Made by a program: the position numbers and the translations under genes
Shown: positions 36,667-49,329 of the stretch, one piece after another
Numbering within the stretch: position 1 is the stretch's first letter
How the letters are laid out: each line of letters opens with the position of its first letter
Source: Polymyxa betae A26-41
Lineage: Eukaryota; Protista; Endomyxa: Phytomyxea
Assembly: GCA_003693705.1 (NCBI GenBank)
Contig: RBZT01000789.1
Span: forward strand, 16,880-80,879
DNA: 64,000 nt
Reading direction: 5' to 3'
The notes under the pieces: generated by a model
What the model saw: the letters and a program-made list of their open reading frames with translations, nothing else
Databases searched by the model: none
Told to the model about the DNA's origin: nothing

Positions 36667-39558
36667 ATGTCTTTTGATAACAAAGCAATAATGTCGCACC
36701 GTAAACGTCATGCCAAGACGCCGCAGCAATCCATTGGCTTCCTTCATCTTGTCCTGACTATACTGACAACTTCAATAATCGTTTTTGTGCTTCGACGAAG
36801 CGATGTGTCTCTATTTAAGAATCCAGGATTCACGTTGGTAAAGCGAGAACAAGCCCCAAGCGTGCACCGGTTCTCAGAAGCTGATCTGACACGGCTGCAA
36901 GTAATGCTCAACGAGCAACCTGATAACGAAGACATCCCGAAAGCAATCCGGGCTTTGAAGGTTAATCTCTTTCAACAATGGCTTCAAGCAAATGATAACG
37001 ATTCGATTCGGCTCGATTCTCGCTCAATCGATCACAAGGGCCTGTATGCCAGCAAACGTCTTCGAACCGGTCAAATCGTAGCTCGCATCGCATTGGATCG
37101 TATTCTTACGATCGATGCGATCATGAAATCTGAGATTGGACAAAGATTGGCGACTTTGAATCCATCTATTCACGTTGCTATGGGAACGTATATAGCGCTT
37201 CAACGGTACAATGCTTCTAGCGAAATCTATTCTTATCTCCGAATCCTGCCAGAAGACATTAGTTTTATGCCTGTTATGGCCGACGAATCCGCTCTTGAAA
37301 GCTTAACTGGAACTTCCGCTTGGAAACTTATCGTCCAGCGAAAGGTCGAGATTGATAATGAATGGATTCGTGTTTCGCCCATCTTTCCGGAACTCACCGC
37401 ATCTGACTTTCTATGGGGCGTGTTGGTTTCGACGACGAGAACTGCCGGAATGACTATTAATGGATCGAAGACTGCTGGTTTAATTCCTCTTCTGAACGAT
37501 TTCAGGTAAGCTTACTGTTTTCTCGATAAGTTCGGGTTCCTTGCATTTTCGTTCTTTGATAGCCTCTATTTACACGAATTTTTAAGGCATGCTCCGCCAC
37601 CAATCTCCACTACAACGGCCAGAATTGTTAATGGATACTACATCGTTTCAACAACGAAAGCAGTTGAGGAGGGTGCTGAATTAACACGAAATTACGGGGC
37701 GAGATCTGCTCAAGTTTTTTACTGTGATTATGCTGATGTTCCTTCGGCAATCACGACTGCAGATTCGATCCGTGTTGAATTCACACCTCAGAAGTTTGCG
37801 GTTCCAGAAATCGAGGACGTTATCGGTGCTTGGCCAAGGAGTTTCCTGCTTACGGCAGAGCTTTCTCACCCCGTCGTTGATCAAATCCTTTCCTATCTCC
37901 GAATTAGTGTGGCGACGGAGGCTGAGTGGAAACAAGCTCAATCGCTAACTGAAAACATGTCCCGTATTTCATTCATCAATGATGAGAACGAAAAACGTGC
38001 CCATGCTGAGCTCACTTCAACCATTGAAAAGTTAATCGATTCATTGGATTGTGCAGCTCCAGAGGAGATTCCCGAGGACGCGTCGCTTTTGTATGAGTTC
38101 GCTGTTGAACAGGCACGGGATATGTGCTCTCTGGAAAAACGCTTGGCAAAGATCATTTTGGAAAAACTTCCAGAGTTGAGTTCTCGTCAACCAAGATCGC
38201 TGCCAGTTCGGCAAGAGCTAGTTCCATCCGGGGATCCCTTTATAGACGCAATGCATTGGACTATCAACGGTGGTGCCAAGATTGATGCTGTTCAAATCGT
38301 TTCCTATGGAGGGTCTCATCGTGGACTGGTTGTAAAACATGACATTGCGAGTGGAGTACCGGTTATGACTGTGCCTTTGTCACGCTGTATTACTTCCATT
38401 GCAGCTAGACGAACTGCATTAGCACAGGAAGCCTTGCGGAACAATGTATCACTGACAACCCATGCATTAATGGCAGCAATGCTGATTCAAGAATCCAGAA
38501 ACCCGAATTCTCACCTCCATTATTTTTTGGCGACGTTTCCAGCTTCATTTGACAATCTTCCAATTTATTATACTGAGGAAGAACTCTCTCTCCTGAAGGC
38601 GACACGGACGCTTGCATTCTTCAAACCCTATGCTAATGAAATCGACATCGATTACGAATTAGTTCAGAAAGCTGCTCCTATTGCTTTCGCCTCGGTAACG
38701 TTTGAAGAATATCGACGAGCGCGACATATCGTCGATACCAGAAATTTCGTTTTTCAAGTGACTGGGCAAGAAGAACATGAGCACATCATGGTTCCGTATG
38801 TTGATATGATGAATCACGATTTGGAGCCAAATACTATCTGGAAATTCGATCCCGATACCGCCACGTTTGTGGTATGTGGGCTCGCTTGGTTTGTCTGTAA
38901 TCTGATATGATTCAAGGTTGCTGCATATCAAGCGATTTCTGCTGGTCAGGCTCTTATTACCTCATACGGGGAGAAAGGAAATGGCCAATTGTTGATTGGA
39001 TATGGGTTTGCGCTTCCCAATAACCCTTTTGACAAGGCAACGTTGAGGTAATTTTGGCTTAAAACTAATTTCCGTATGTCATCTCTGTTGGTTTACAGGT
39101 TGGATTCCAACTCGATGTGTGTTGTCCAAAAAACGTTCAATACTGTCCATATGGCCGACTGTTTCTTGAAACTCAGGAAAAGATTTTACGATGAAGTTGA
39201 GTTGCTTCAGAAAATGAAATCGGGTGCCATCAACGGTTTAGAAAGATTCGAACAAACCATCGAAGAAGATCAAGAGGTTCTTGCTGCATTGATGACGAAG
39301 CAGGACTCTGTAAACCAGGGTAACGATCGGGTCAAGTTCTGCATTTTAACAAGGCTAGGAGAGAAGATGGTTTTGAAGTTTTGGATAGAAACCGCCGATA
39401 AACTGCTTCAGTACTATGCGGGCCAGGTTCAAAGAGACGAATTGGATCCTATGTTTGAGCAATATTTCAAGGTTCTTGAGCATCCGGAACAATATGGTTC
39501 TGAGGTTCGTGGTCAACCTCAAGGAGAAAACTCAGAAAATTATGTTGATTTTGAGTAA
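36667..39558 (+). CDS. Tandem SET-domain protein (SETD3/Rubisco-LSMT class) with N-terminal transmembrane helix
   Basis: SET1: HKGLYA...FLWGVLVSTTR...LIPLLNDFRH...ELTRNYG; SET2: HRGLVV...IVDTRNF...MVPYVDMMNH...ITSYGEKGNGQLLIGYGF; frame continuous after intron ~37506-37586. Confidence 0.85.
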
Positions 39559-39588
39559 ATTAAATGAAAACTGTCAGAATCGTTATAT

Positions 39589-40382
39589 TTACACAGTTTC
39601 TTGAAACAATTTTCTGGCTGTTCCTTTTCTTTTAGCTACATTGGGTTCTGAATTTTTACGCGTTCCCTTTAACCGACGCCTAACCTGCCGATTAAGATTA
39701 GGCATACAATCCGATCGGAGCGTTGTGTTTACTTTTGATGTTGGTGGAACAGTAGAGGCAATCTTTGCTATGATGGCAGAATTATGTACAGTGTTTGTAG
39801 GACTGGCTATCTGTGCCAGATAGGCATCCGTCGAGACGCTTCTGCTCGTCAGATATCCAGGGATCGAGACCTCGCTAACACCTCCCAAGCTCCTTTTCCT
39901 GGGGGTCAACGATGCTCTCCTATCATTCGATCGCCGAGATGGAATCAAAGGCAGCGGAGTCAATACAGTTTCAAATCGTGAATATGGATTATCAATTCGA
40001 TAACTGATAGATGTGTGTGTGTCGGGCGACGGGCTGCCTTTTTTCCAGTTATCATCAGTACCTCCTATTTAGAATTAGATAAGAATGCCTAAAAAATTAC
40101 CCAACCTAACCGATTCGAAAAGAGACCAGAATTGGCTCGTTGGTCTTCCTGCGTTCGCGTTTCGGTGAATGTTTTACTGGTGATGATAGTTGAAAGATCG
40201 TATCGAAGGAATAACGGTGACTTCGCCTTGGAGAGATTTGTGTCCACCAAAGTGGCGACGACGCCAGCATATTGGCCAAAACTTGATCCGTTGAAGATGA
40301 AACCCGCTTTGGTGTCATAACAGGATGCTTCGCGATGCTTTCGTTGAGCAACATTTCGCTTCAATAGCGGTTCAGGTGGCAT
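39589..40382 (-). CDS. Hypothetical basic low-complexity protein (5' end uncertain)
   Basis: Two same-strand ORFs separated by an intron-like gap; no recognised domain. Confidence 0.4.
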
Positions 40383-40437
40383 ACATGTAAAGCTTTCACA
40401 AAATTACTGTTAGCAATTCCAGCACATGAAGAATGCT

Positions 40438-41228
40438 TATCCGCTGCGACGATGATAACGATAGCCAAATCGAGCCAGCAAATGGCCAAGCGTTGCAAAA
40501 TGTCTATAAAAGCACACTGAACATTGAGGTGTTGCTATTAATCAAGAGGTGACCGGATGGTGACCAGTGGGCGCAACCGTCATCTAACTTGTACTATGAG
40601 GCGTGGAGGGACCTCTCTCAGAGATGAGACGTGTCACTTAATGCCAGAGCTGGTTTTCATCGCTTTTATTGACTATTAATATGAAAGCGCTTAATGATTA
40701 GTCAAAACGATCGGGTCTGATTTTCGTTTTCGTCCTTGATATCAGTTTCAGCCTGTGATTTGTGGAAACACATTTTGTAAGAAGATACATAGCCTACATG
40801 ATGTGACGAACCTCGCTTAATTTCCATGCGTATCCGCTGCGACGATGATAGCGATAGCCAAATCAAGCCAGCGAATGGCCAAGCGTTGTAAAATGTCTGT
40901 AAAAGCTCACTGTATCATACATTGAGGTGTTGCTACTAATCAAGAGGTGACCGGATGGCGACCAGTGGGCGCAACCGTCATCTCTCTGTACAGCACTATG
41001 AGGCGAGGAGGTGACCTCGCTCAGGGAGGAGCGTGCCACTTGATGCCAGAGCTGATTTTCATCGCTTTTATTATCATTGATATGAAAGCGTTTAATGATC
41101 AGTCAAACGCTCGGGTCCGATTTTCTTCTTCTTCCTTGATATCAGTTTCGGCCTGTGGTTTGTGAGAACATATATTGTTAGAAGATACATAGCCTACCTG
41201 ATGCGACGAACGCCCTCGCTTAATTTCC
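40438..41228. repeat. Tandem direct duplication, ~390-bp unit
   Basis: TATCCGCTGCGACGATGATA...CCTCGCTTAATTTCCA at 40438-40826 and 40831-41228, with substitutions and indels. Confidence 0.9.
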
Positions 41229-43179
41229 AGAAATACAACGCCAATAACACAAAGGATCAACAGAATCGTTGTGACAGTGGTTATTATTAGACTCAGGGAA
41301 GCTTTGCGAAGCATTGTTGCTCCTGGAATCGATTTAGCAGCTACATCTATTGGTTATTAACCTCTTACCTAAATAACAATTGACAACAGCGCCTATATAC
41401 AACAATACAGCAGTAGATCGATGCTGCAATCTCCATATTGGCCGAGCTTTGTTTCGGAACATCGTAAGCAATGGTTGCATCAAAGCCAGAAGGACGACAA
41501 AGAACCCAATAGCACCATGGGTCGTGTCGAACAGTTTCCCTGCTTAATGTCCAGTTAGCACCGAGCAATTACATGCTAAGAATCCTACCTCGAGCCCAAA
41601 CTATCAAGACGAATGACAGAAAGGTTAAGGCAACAGCTGCGAACATAAGCGCTTTATGCAAGCGAAACCAACGGAATTCGCCATCCTTAAAGTATCTTGC
41701 GATTACACCTCCAATTGGCATTAAGATTAACCAAGCCAGTAGCATGACGGCACCATGTACAAGGCCGATTGCTCGCAATCGAGATCCCTGCAGTCAGCAT
41801 CAGCATTTCAGCATTAAATCGGAGTGGAATGGACAACAACAACAAATTGTCACCTTTGGGGAATTCGAAGCAGAACTCCATGATACTTGAGATATGTCCT
41901 CAGCTGTATGTTTAGCAAATGTTGACGATTGACCGGTGGCTGCTATCACGATGCCCTCTCCATTCGGCTCGATATTGTAGGAGTCGCTTAGCCCAGACTT
42001 TTTCCACTGAAGAGGTCTCGTAAACTGCAATCTTGATTTTCCGTTGCTTGATTCGAACTTGGTATTACTCAGTTCCTAATAGGTAGATTAGTTGACTATA
42101 ATGCAGAGATTACATGACTTACACTCGTTAGCTGCGAATCAGCAGAACCGACGCTATTTTCTGTAAGCAAGTAGGCTTGGACTTTGTTTGATTTTTGGCC
42201 AATAATCGCCAAGCTTGGATGCATCGCAGATCGTTCGGCAAACCCTGACGACAAATTTTAACAGGAATCAATTCATTGACTAAATAGAGACAGTAATAGC
42301 GACAAGGCACGTATTGAAAACCAAATTACCTATTCCGATCCATGTCTCAGACTTCGCAACGACATCGAAAGTAATTTTGTCGTCGACAATGCTGTAGGAC
42401 ACTTGCAACCCAGTGTTGGGCAGGTTAAACTGCTTGTAGATGTCGTTTCCTGCAATATTTGCTTGTTCCTGTTAGCAGATTTAGTTTTCCAAAACAAAAT
42501 GGTTTGACAACTTACCCGAACAGCTAACACAGTGCCATTTTTATTGATAACTTCTGAATGATGTCCTGTATGTTTGCCTAAGAATGAATCAGCATAATCA
42601 TCCGAGGTAAAGAGACTTTAGACCGAGCAATCCAGGAGGGGATGCATCTATTCGCCATGCCACGATTAATGCTGTTGGTTGGCTTGGCCTGATAGGAACC
42701 TGCCAAGGCTGATCGGTATCTTCGGATCATATTAGTTGCACTGTTATTGTGAAGGCATTCCCGCACACATACCTAAAGGTCGTCGAATGTTGAAGATGAT
42801 GTTCGACCCACTCTGAATAATACTCCCGTCACTATAAGGCTCAGCAATTGTTTGAAAGGCTCCTGATTCATCCCCAGAAGGGCCGAGCTGAACCCGATAG
42901 ATTTGCTTTCCGACGGCAATGAATGCATCTGATCCCAACATCTTTCCATTGTTAGGGGATACGCCTAAGATTGATCAGGCCGACCATGATATAAAGAATG
43001 AAAGAATCACCTAAAGCTACCCAAGATACAGGCTGCTTCATTGTTAGAGTCGCTTCAAATGAAGTTTGATCGAGTGCCCAAGCTACAATTGGTCCTCCAT
43101 CATCTACTGTATATTGCCCTGATGTCTTATCACTGGCGCTCCCATAACTGATCAGCAGCACGATCAGCAGCAATACCAT
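41099..43179 (-). CDS. DOMON-DOMON-cytochrome b561 protein (ferric-chelate reductase/FRRS1-like)
   Basis: Signal peptide; WVALG..GKMLGSDAFI; LQFTRPL..IAATG..FAKH; b561 His ligands in VHGAVMLLAW, WFRLHK, THGAIG, RLQHR. Confidence 0.85.
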
Positions 43180-43533
43180 GCTCAAAAGCTCGGTTTCGCC
43201 GAGGATGGGCAATTCTTTGTTGATGTACTCATTGCTTTTTTTATCGATGACGCCACTGTAAAAAAGTTGACTCAACAGAATTCGCACCGACACAGGTTCT
43301 CATGGAGGTGGCTCATCGTAAATGATAAAACACGTGCTGAAACAGGCTAATACAATTGGAAAATACAACCAGCTCTGGTTTCTGTATGGGAATCATAGGA
43401 TGTGTCAACTTTTGCAGTCGTCTACTCTTGATGCATGCAGGCTTTGACAAGAAGCAATTGCGATCCAGGCATGGCAACCCTGAGCTGCGCCAACAGATTT
43501 TGTCACCAAAATGAGATCGTTTGCTGAATGTCA

Positions 43534-44100
43534 CTCTCCAGCGGCCTCTTCATCAGAGCTCATGTCTGATGTTACAGATTTTTGCAAAAGTTTTTGATTT
43601 TATTTTCCATCTATGCTGGCACTAACAGAAGAGGGCTCCTCTAAGTTAATCATTGCTGTATTTCCCTTTCATGGGACCTTTCAGCTTGAAAATCAAACGA
43701 CATCAGAAGTCAGTGAGATCTATCAGCACCGTTTTTACCGGATTCATTGCTGCCTATGGCCTGATCTCGACTTTCGCCTACTTAAGGCCGTCGCCACCGG
43801 TGTTCCAAACGGTGCCGAATGCCGCTCTCCAGCGGCCTCTGCATCAGAGCTCATGTCTGATTGTTTGCAAAATTTACATCTATGCTGGCAATCACAGAAG
43901 AGGGCTCCTCTAAGTTCAAACGGTAACGTTATCATTGCTGTATTTCCCATTCATGGGACCTTTCAGCTTGAAAATCAAACGCCATCAGAAGTCTGTGAGC
44001 ACCGTTTTTACCGGATTCATTGCTGCCTATGGCCTGATCTCGACTTTGACCTATCTAACGTCCTCGCCACCGGCGTTCCAATCGGAACCGAATGTCGCGA
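43534..44100. repeat. Tandem direct duplication (~290 bp) of the GT34 gene 5' end
   Basis: CTCTCCAGCGGCCTCT...CCACCGG(T/C)GTTCCA at 43534-43824 and 43825-44100; the upstream copy lacks the intron donor. Confidence 0.9.
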
Positions 44101-45289
44101 TTGCAGCCGTTGCTGCACCACTTCGCCTTGCTATTGTTTCGGTCAGCACACCAGATCGAGTACAGCTCTATCAGCCCGCTACCAATTCTAAAACATGCTA
44201 TGGCTTAAAACATGGGTGAGAGTCCTTTGAGCCGTTTTTGGTTCTATTGACAATGCCCAGGTATTCTTTCATTATGGATACGAACGATGCCAAATCAAGT
44301 CTGAATCCTTGGTGGCGTAAAGTAACAGCTCTGCAAAAGTATCTTCCGTTCTATGATTGGGTTTTGTTCATGGACGGCGATACGTTAATAACCAATTACA
44401 CTGTGAAACTGGAATGGTTCCTCCCTTCAGAAAACGAGAACGTCGATCTGATCGTAACCGACCATAACATCGCGCTGAACAATGGCGTTTTCTTTTTACG
44501 CAACTCGGAATGGTCCAAAAAGTGTGTCGGCAGCAGTTTTGGGCTTGGTTTCCGTTTGTAGCGTGTTCGGGCCGTACAGGCCCAGATTTTATCCAATATT
44601 CCAGCTCTGTGCTCATAACCCATCCGATGAATAGGTTTCTATCCGATTGGCTGGACGTTGGAAGTCAGGTTCATCGACGTAATCAGCGTTGGGCTTGGGA
44701 TGACCAAGGTGGGTTCTACGAACTGCTTCTACGAGCAGCCTACGAGCGGTGAGTTTCTGCATTTGGAAGGTTCGTTTTCTAATCCTGTTTCAAGGGCAGA
44801 CGCTCCAGATTATGACGGCGAATGCTCTGATCCGAATCACTGCTGTGAATATGGGGCATTGCAACGTTGCTATAACCGAAGGCAATTGATCATCTACAAT
44901 CATACGTTGACTTAATTTATTTTTTATGACTAGATTAGAGCAGTCTGGTGCAGTCTATGGAAATCGCAATGTTCCACATGTGAAGTATATCGATCCACGA
45001 TTTCACGCCGTGCACAGCCTGGGCGATGCATGGATACGAGGAGGATTCGATCAATACAGAAAGTCGGAATTCAATGGACAGGTAATGTGACGAAGCTGTT
45101 TGCAGTGGCTTAACTGTTGTATAGACTTGGATCTATGGAGAATGGACAGAGGAGAACTTCTGGGTACCTGGTGATTTTGTTATGCATTCATACGACAAGT
45201 CGCAAATGCCGCAATTCGTGCCAGACGAGTTCGCCGATTCATGTGCAGCTGTACAGAGCATGGAGCTGCCCCCAAAAGTTAAACATTAA
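43882..45289 (+). CDS. Glycosyltransferase family 34 (GMA12/MNN10-like), type II membrane protein
   Basis: NSKTCYGLKHGY; WRKVTAL..YDWVLFMDGDTLITN; LNNGVFFLRNSEWS; DDQGGF; WVPGDFVMH. Confidence 0.88.
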
Positions 45290-45325
45290 AGTACGTATGC
45301 AGCCGTCGTTGTGAGTAATTTAAAT

Positions 45326-46640
45326 TTAGTAGTTCCACTGTTGATGATTGCTATTGGAATAGTTATCTTGGTTTCTTGAGTGTTTGTTCGGGTAATCATT
45401 CTCGTTCTCTCCTTCAGCATACGAATCGATCAAATAGCCTGCTTCTCGTGCTTTGGCGTTACGCTTCCTTTTCTTCGCATAGTACAGAACTTCACGGTAT
45501 GCTTGCTTACATGGATCACAACGAGATGGATCATTAGCGAATCCTTTCTCTTTGTGGCGTTGTTGCTCTACTATGGTGAACGTGAACGTGCCATTGCAAT
45601 CTCGACATGTCAATGTACGGTCGGCCATTGATGGATTACGTTCACTAGAAGAGCTACTGGAAGAGCTACTGGAAGAATCATCGTTAGAATCAGTGGAGCT
45701 GCTAGAATCAGAAGAGCCGCTGGAACCGCTAGATGACGATGCCGAATGAGTTGAAGAGTCTTCATCATCAGAACCAGATGCTGATTCGGCGGAGGCTGAT
45801 GACGAATCGCTTGAGGATGCATCAGAGGAATCCCTTGATGCGGAGTTGGAAGCCGATGCACTTGACGAAGAATCAGAAGATGATTTCGATTCTGAGGAAG
45901 AGCAGGAAGCTGATTCAGTTGGCGGTGAAGAAATTACGGCAGCATTCTCTAATTAAATGTTTAAGAGATAAATCCATTTATGATACTATAAAACCTGGCA
46001 ATGATGCTTGTGATGATGAATCGGAAGATGAGGGCGAACCAGAAGCTGAAGAATCGGACGATGACCCTGTTGAAGACGACGAAGATGACGATGCTGGTTG
46101 CGAGCCTGATTATCTATCAGATTCCGAAAACGTAATAGAAGGATTTCGCATACCATTCGAGCTGGAAGATGAAGACGACGAATTAGAATCGGAATCTGAG
46201 AGATATCAGCTATCAGCAAAGAACTGTTCCATAATTGCACCTGATTCTCTGCCAACAGTTGGCTTGCATTTTGAAATGGATTTAGACCCGTCTGAACTCG
46301 AGCTTGAAGACGATGATGGCAGAGAAGGAGACGATTCGGATTCGGAATCGCTACTGAGAACCTGTTTACTCTCTGAGCTGGAGCTTGAAGATGATGATGA
46401 CGAATTTGAATCAGATTCTGGAAATGTTAGGTGAGAGAGAGATTTTAAAAGGCTCGTCTTAAACTGCACCTGAACTATTCTGCTCTCTTCTGCTAACTGA
46501 CTTCTTTGTGGAGGCAATTTTTTCTTTCTCTAAATGCGACTTTCAGTGAGATCTTTCAGATATTAGAAAAATATTTACTCAGAAATGGCTTCTTAGTAGG
46601 CGTTCGGGATGGGAGTCGCTTCGCTATGAGAGCCATCAAT
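45326..46640 (-). CDS. Ser/Asp-rich protein with C-terminal zinc ribbon (zf-trcl-like); 5' end uncertain
   Basis: DRTLTCRDCNGTFTFTIVEQQRHKEKGFANDPSRCDPCK; poly-Ser exons linked by minus-strand GT-AG introns. Confidence 0.7.
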
Positions 46641-46897
46641 ATCAAATTCATCAAACTGTCGATGTGATTACTTTCCGCTTTAACTGATACTTTGCTAGAT
46701 TTCCGGTTCACATCCAGCTTCGTCTTCATCTTGCTAAATTCTGGAATCTCGTTCAGAATTTCAGATTCAGGTCATGAGGTCCGCTTCGGACATTTCTCAA
46801 ATTTTTTTCAAAAACATTTCTCAAATTTTTTCAAAAAATCGAGTTGACTTTTATCACAACTTTCAGGTTTTGAACAATATTCGATTTATTACGACTA

Positions 46898-47386
46898 TCA
46901 AGGATATAGAAATTTGGAAGCCGTATCAATAAGCATTCCAACGATGGAATACGCGGCTCCCTTTAAGGCAGGAACAGTGATGATGTCTTCAGATTCCGGT
47001 ACGACCAACTGCCATTTTTCCCAATCCAACCGGTTGAAATTGTCACATTTCACTTGTCCTTCCGGGGTACATTGCAGGGTTCGCCCAAAACAATAAGAGA
47101 CGAAGAAGAAGGCGTTGTCGCCGGTCTCGATGACGAATTCCTGATTTGGTTTTCCTTGATCTTCAGCAAATAAGCACGAGCCATCCTCTTGAACAGTAAG
47201 AACCGATAGATTCCATCGTGACTTGATTTTGACCCGATCTTCCACTGTTCTTTTGAGGATGAACTGGTTCCATGCAGGGAACGTCTTCTTGCTGTTGCCG
47301 AACGGCTTCTGCCAGCCTAGTTGGACCTCGAGAAAGCTGCCGTCATGAGCTTTCAGCTGAATGGGGTTGCCGATTGGCGCCTGCAT
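46898..47386 (-). CDS. Beta-trefoil (fascin/actin-crosslinking-like) protein, intronless
   Basis: Three ~40-aa lobes: IQLKAHDGSFL..WNQF; VKIKSRWNLSVL..NQEF; FFVSYCFGRTL..DWEKW. Confidence 0.65.
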   Translation of the reverse strand: MQAPIGNPIQLKAHDGSFLEVQLGWQKPFGNSKKTFPAWNQFILKRTVEDRVKIKSRWNLSVLTVQEDGSCLFAEDQGKPNQEFVIETGDNAFFFVSYCFGRTLQCTPEGQVKCDNFNRLDWEKWQLVVPESEDIITVPALKGAAYSIVGMLIDTASKFLYP

Positions 47387-47467
47387 TGGCTTCTTTCGAG
47401 CTCGCTCAACGTATAATAGTGGACGTTATTTGAACTTAAGTTATCAACTTGGCACAAAAAGTTCAAA

Positions 47468-47774
47468 TTTTTATGAAAGATTTTGAGTTTTCTTCGGCAT
47501 TTTCCACCTTCTTGAGCGCGATTTCGTCTTCAATTTCCGTTCATTTGCTGGAAAGAAGACAAGTTGAATTACGACGTGAACATGGCAATGAAGGGCGACG
47601 ACGAACGTGCATTCAATAAAAAGTCCTAATTTTTTATGATAATTTTTGAGTTTTTTTCTGCGTTTTTAATTTTCTTGGGCGCGATTTCGTTTTCACGTTC
47701 CGCTTGGAACGAAGACAAGGCGAATCACAACGTGAACATGGCAAGGAAAGGGCGGCGACCAATGTGCATTGAAT
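47468..47774. repeat. Degenerate tandem duplication, ~160-bp unit
   Basis: TTTTTATGA..TTTGAG..GCGCGATTTCGT..GAAGACAAG..ACGTGAACATGGCAA..GTGCATT at ~47468 and ~47630. Confidence 0.75.
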
Positions 47775-48617
47775 TTCAGTCTCATCTCAGTTTTCAATCG
47801 TGCACTCGTCCTACCAAAAACATGATTCATGAAATGCCATAGAAACTGAAATACAGAGCCGCTGTGATCTGTCGTTCATTGGAAGTTTTAGGCGCCGCTT
47901 GCTGGACGCCGAATCAAAAGGCAGAGACATTCGTCTTTTGGAACCGGATGGCGGCGAAATTGTATTTGTTTGCCTCGAGCCCAATATGGCTAGAAAAAGG
48001 GAAACCCGTTTGCTCATAGAGTATCTGCAAGTCGCGACGAATCGCTTTCGAGAAACAACGAGAACGACCCAACCGCCTTTGCAGGATCTGTATTGTCGAA
48101 TCAGGATTCATAGGAAGACGATCGATAATCCAGAATCAGCTCGATACAGATAGCAGACCAATGTTGATATCTATTGACCAGAAGCCGCCTCAGGTAAGAT
48201 CAATCAAGACTGTTTCCGGAATTGCAAAGAAGCTGGGGATCACATTCGTTCGTAATCGCGACATTGCAGCTATCAGCAGCAAGTCGCCAACGAAAGCGTG
48301 GCATTCGTCGCCGCAATCCCTATCGAGCAATACACATTTTCCTTGCACGGTTTTTCGCCATGACAACCGCTGCCGCCTGATTTCGTTAAACACGATCGTC
48401 CATTATAAGACGCCGCTGCTCTTTCTTGCCTTTTCTGTTATGAATGAAAATTCTGACGAGTAACGTTATTAATGGTTCTTCAGATAGTGTATTACAGTTG
48501 GAGCGGATCCAGGCAGGGTGGGTGATCAAGAACGGTTTCGTCGTTTTCGATTCTGCCACGATCGTTGGCGACCTCCATTCTATACAGAGAAGCATCAGCT
48601 GAAGATACAATAAGCGT

Positions 48618-49329
48618 TCATCGATTAACAAGATCAACCTGTTTAGCACCGTTAGAGCAGGGAACGGCAGTCGTCGTGCTTGGTTCTTGATCACGATCAG
48701 CAGCAACCTCTGGGGTGGCTGACATCCGCTCTATGATAATCGACGCCCTCGACCACGAAACCATCCATGAGCACAGATCAGGATTTAACAATACGCCTGT
48801 TAGAGCGTCGATTGTTTTTTGAGGAAAATATTCTCCAAGATCCATCTTGCTGATTCGTAGCTGAATGGCCTTAGTAAGTCCCTCCTGAGATAATGATTCC
48901 GCCAGCTGACTTTGTTTAGCTTCTAAAAAATTGGTGAGCTCTATATCCAGAGTAGAATTAATGTCTGAAAGCAATTCTGTTTGCTGTTCTGGGGTTAGAA
49001 GCTCAGCAGTTCGCTCTGGAAGCGAATTGAAAAGAATGTCATCCAAAAGATGGGCTTCGTCGTTCGAACCCTTCTCCATAAAGGTTTGACGAAGGGTATC
49101 ATCGTTCAGGACGGCCACGATGCGGTTGATTTCATCGGTCTCCTTCAACGCAGCAACGACGTCACGACAGACGTCCATGATGACGAAGATGGCCAGGTCT
49201 TTGAGCCCCAGAGGAACCGCAGACAGTAATGCATCGCTTCGATCCATAGCAAAGGCCGAATTGACAGAGGCAGCAACGAGACCGAAACAGACAACGATGT
49301 GACCTGGGTGAGGCGCCCCGCACAATCAT
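48618..49329 (-). pseudogene. Helical secreted-like protein with out-of-frame start (pseudogene or sequence error)
   Basis: Signal-like IVVCFGLVAASVNSAFA, but the nearest ATG (49327-49329) is out of frame. Confidence 0.4.

Noticed and set aside
45733-46434. 233-aa acidic + strand ORF
   Set aside because: Antisense shadow of the Ser-rich gene; GT-AG introns and the zinc ribbon are on the minus strand
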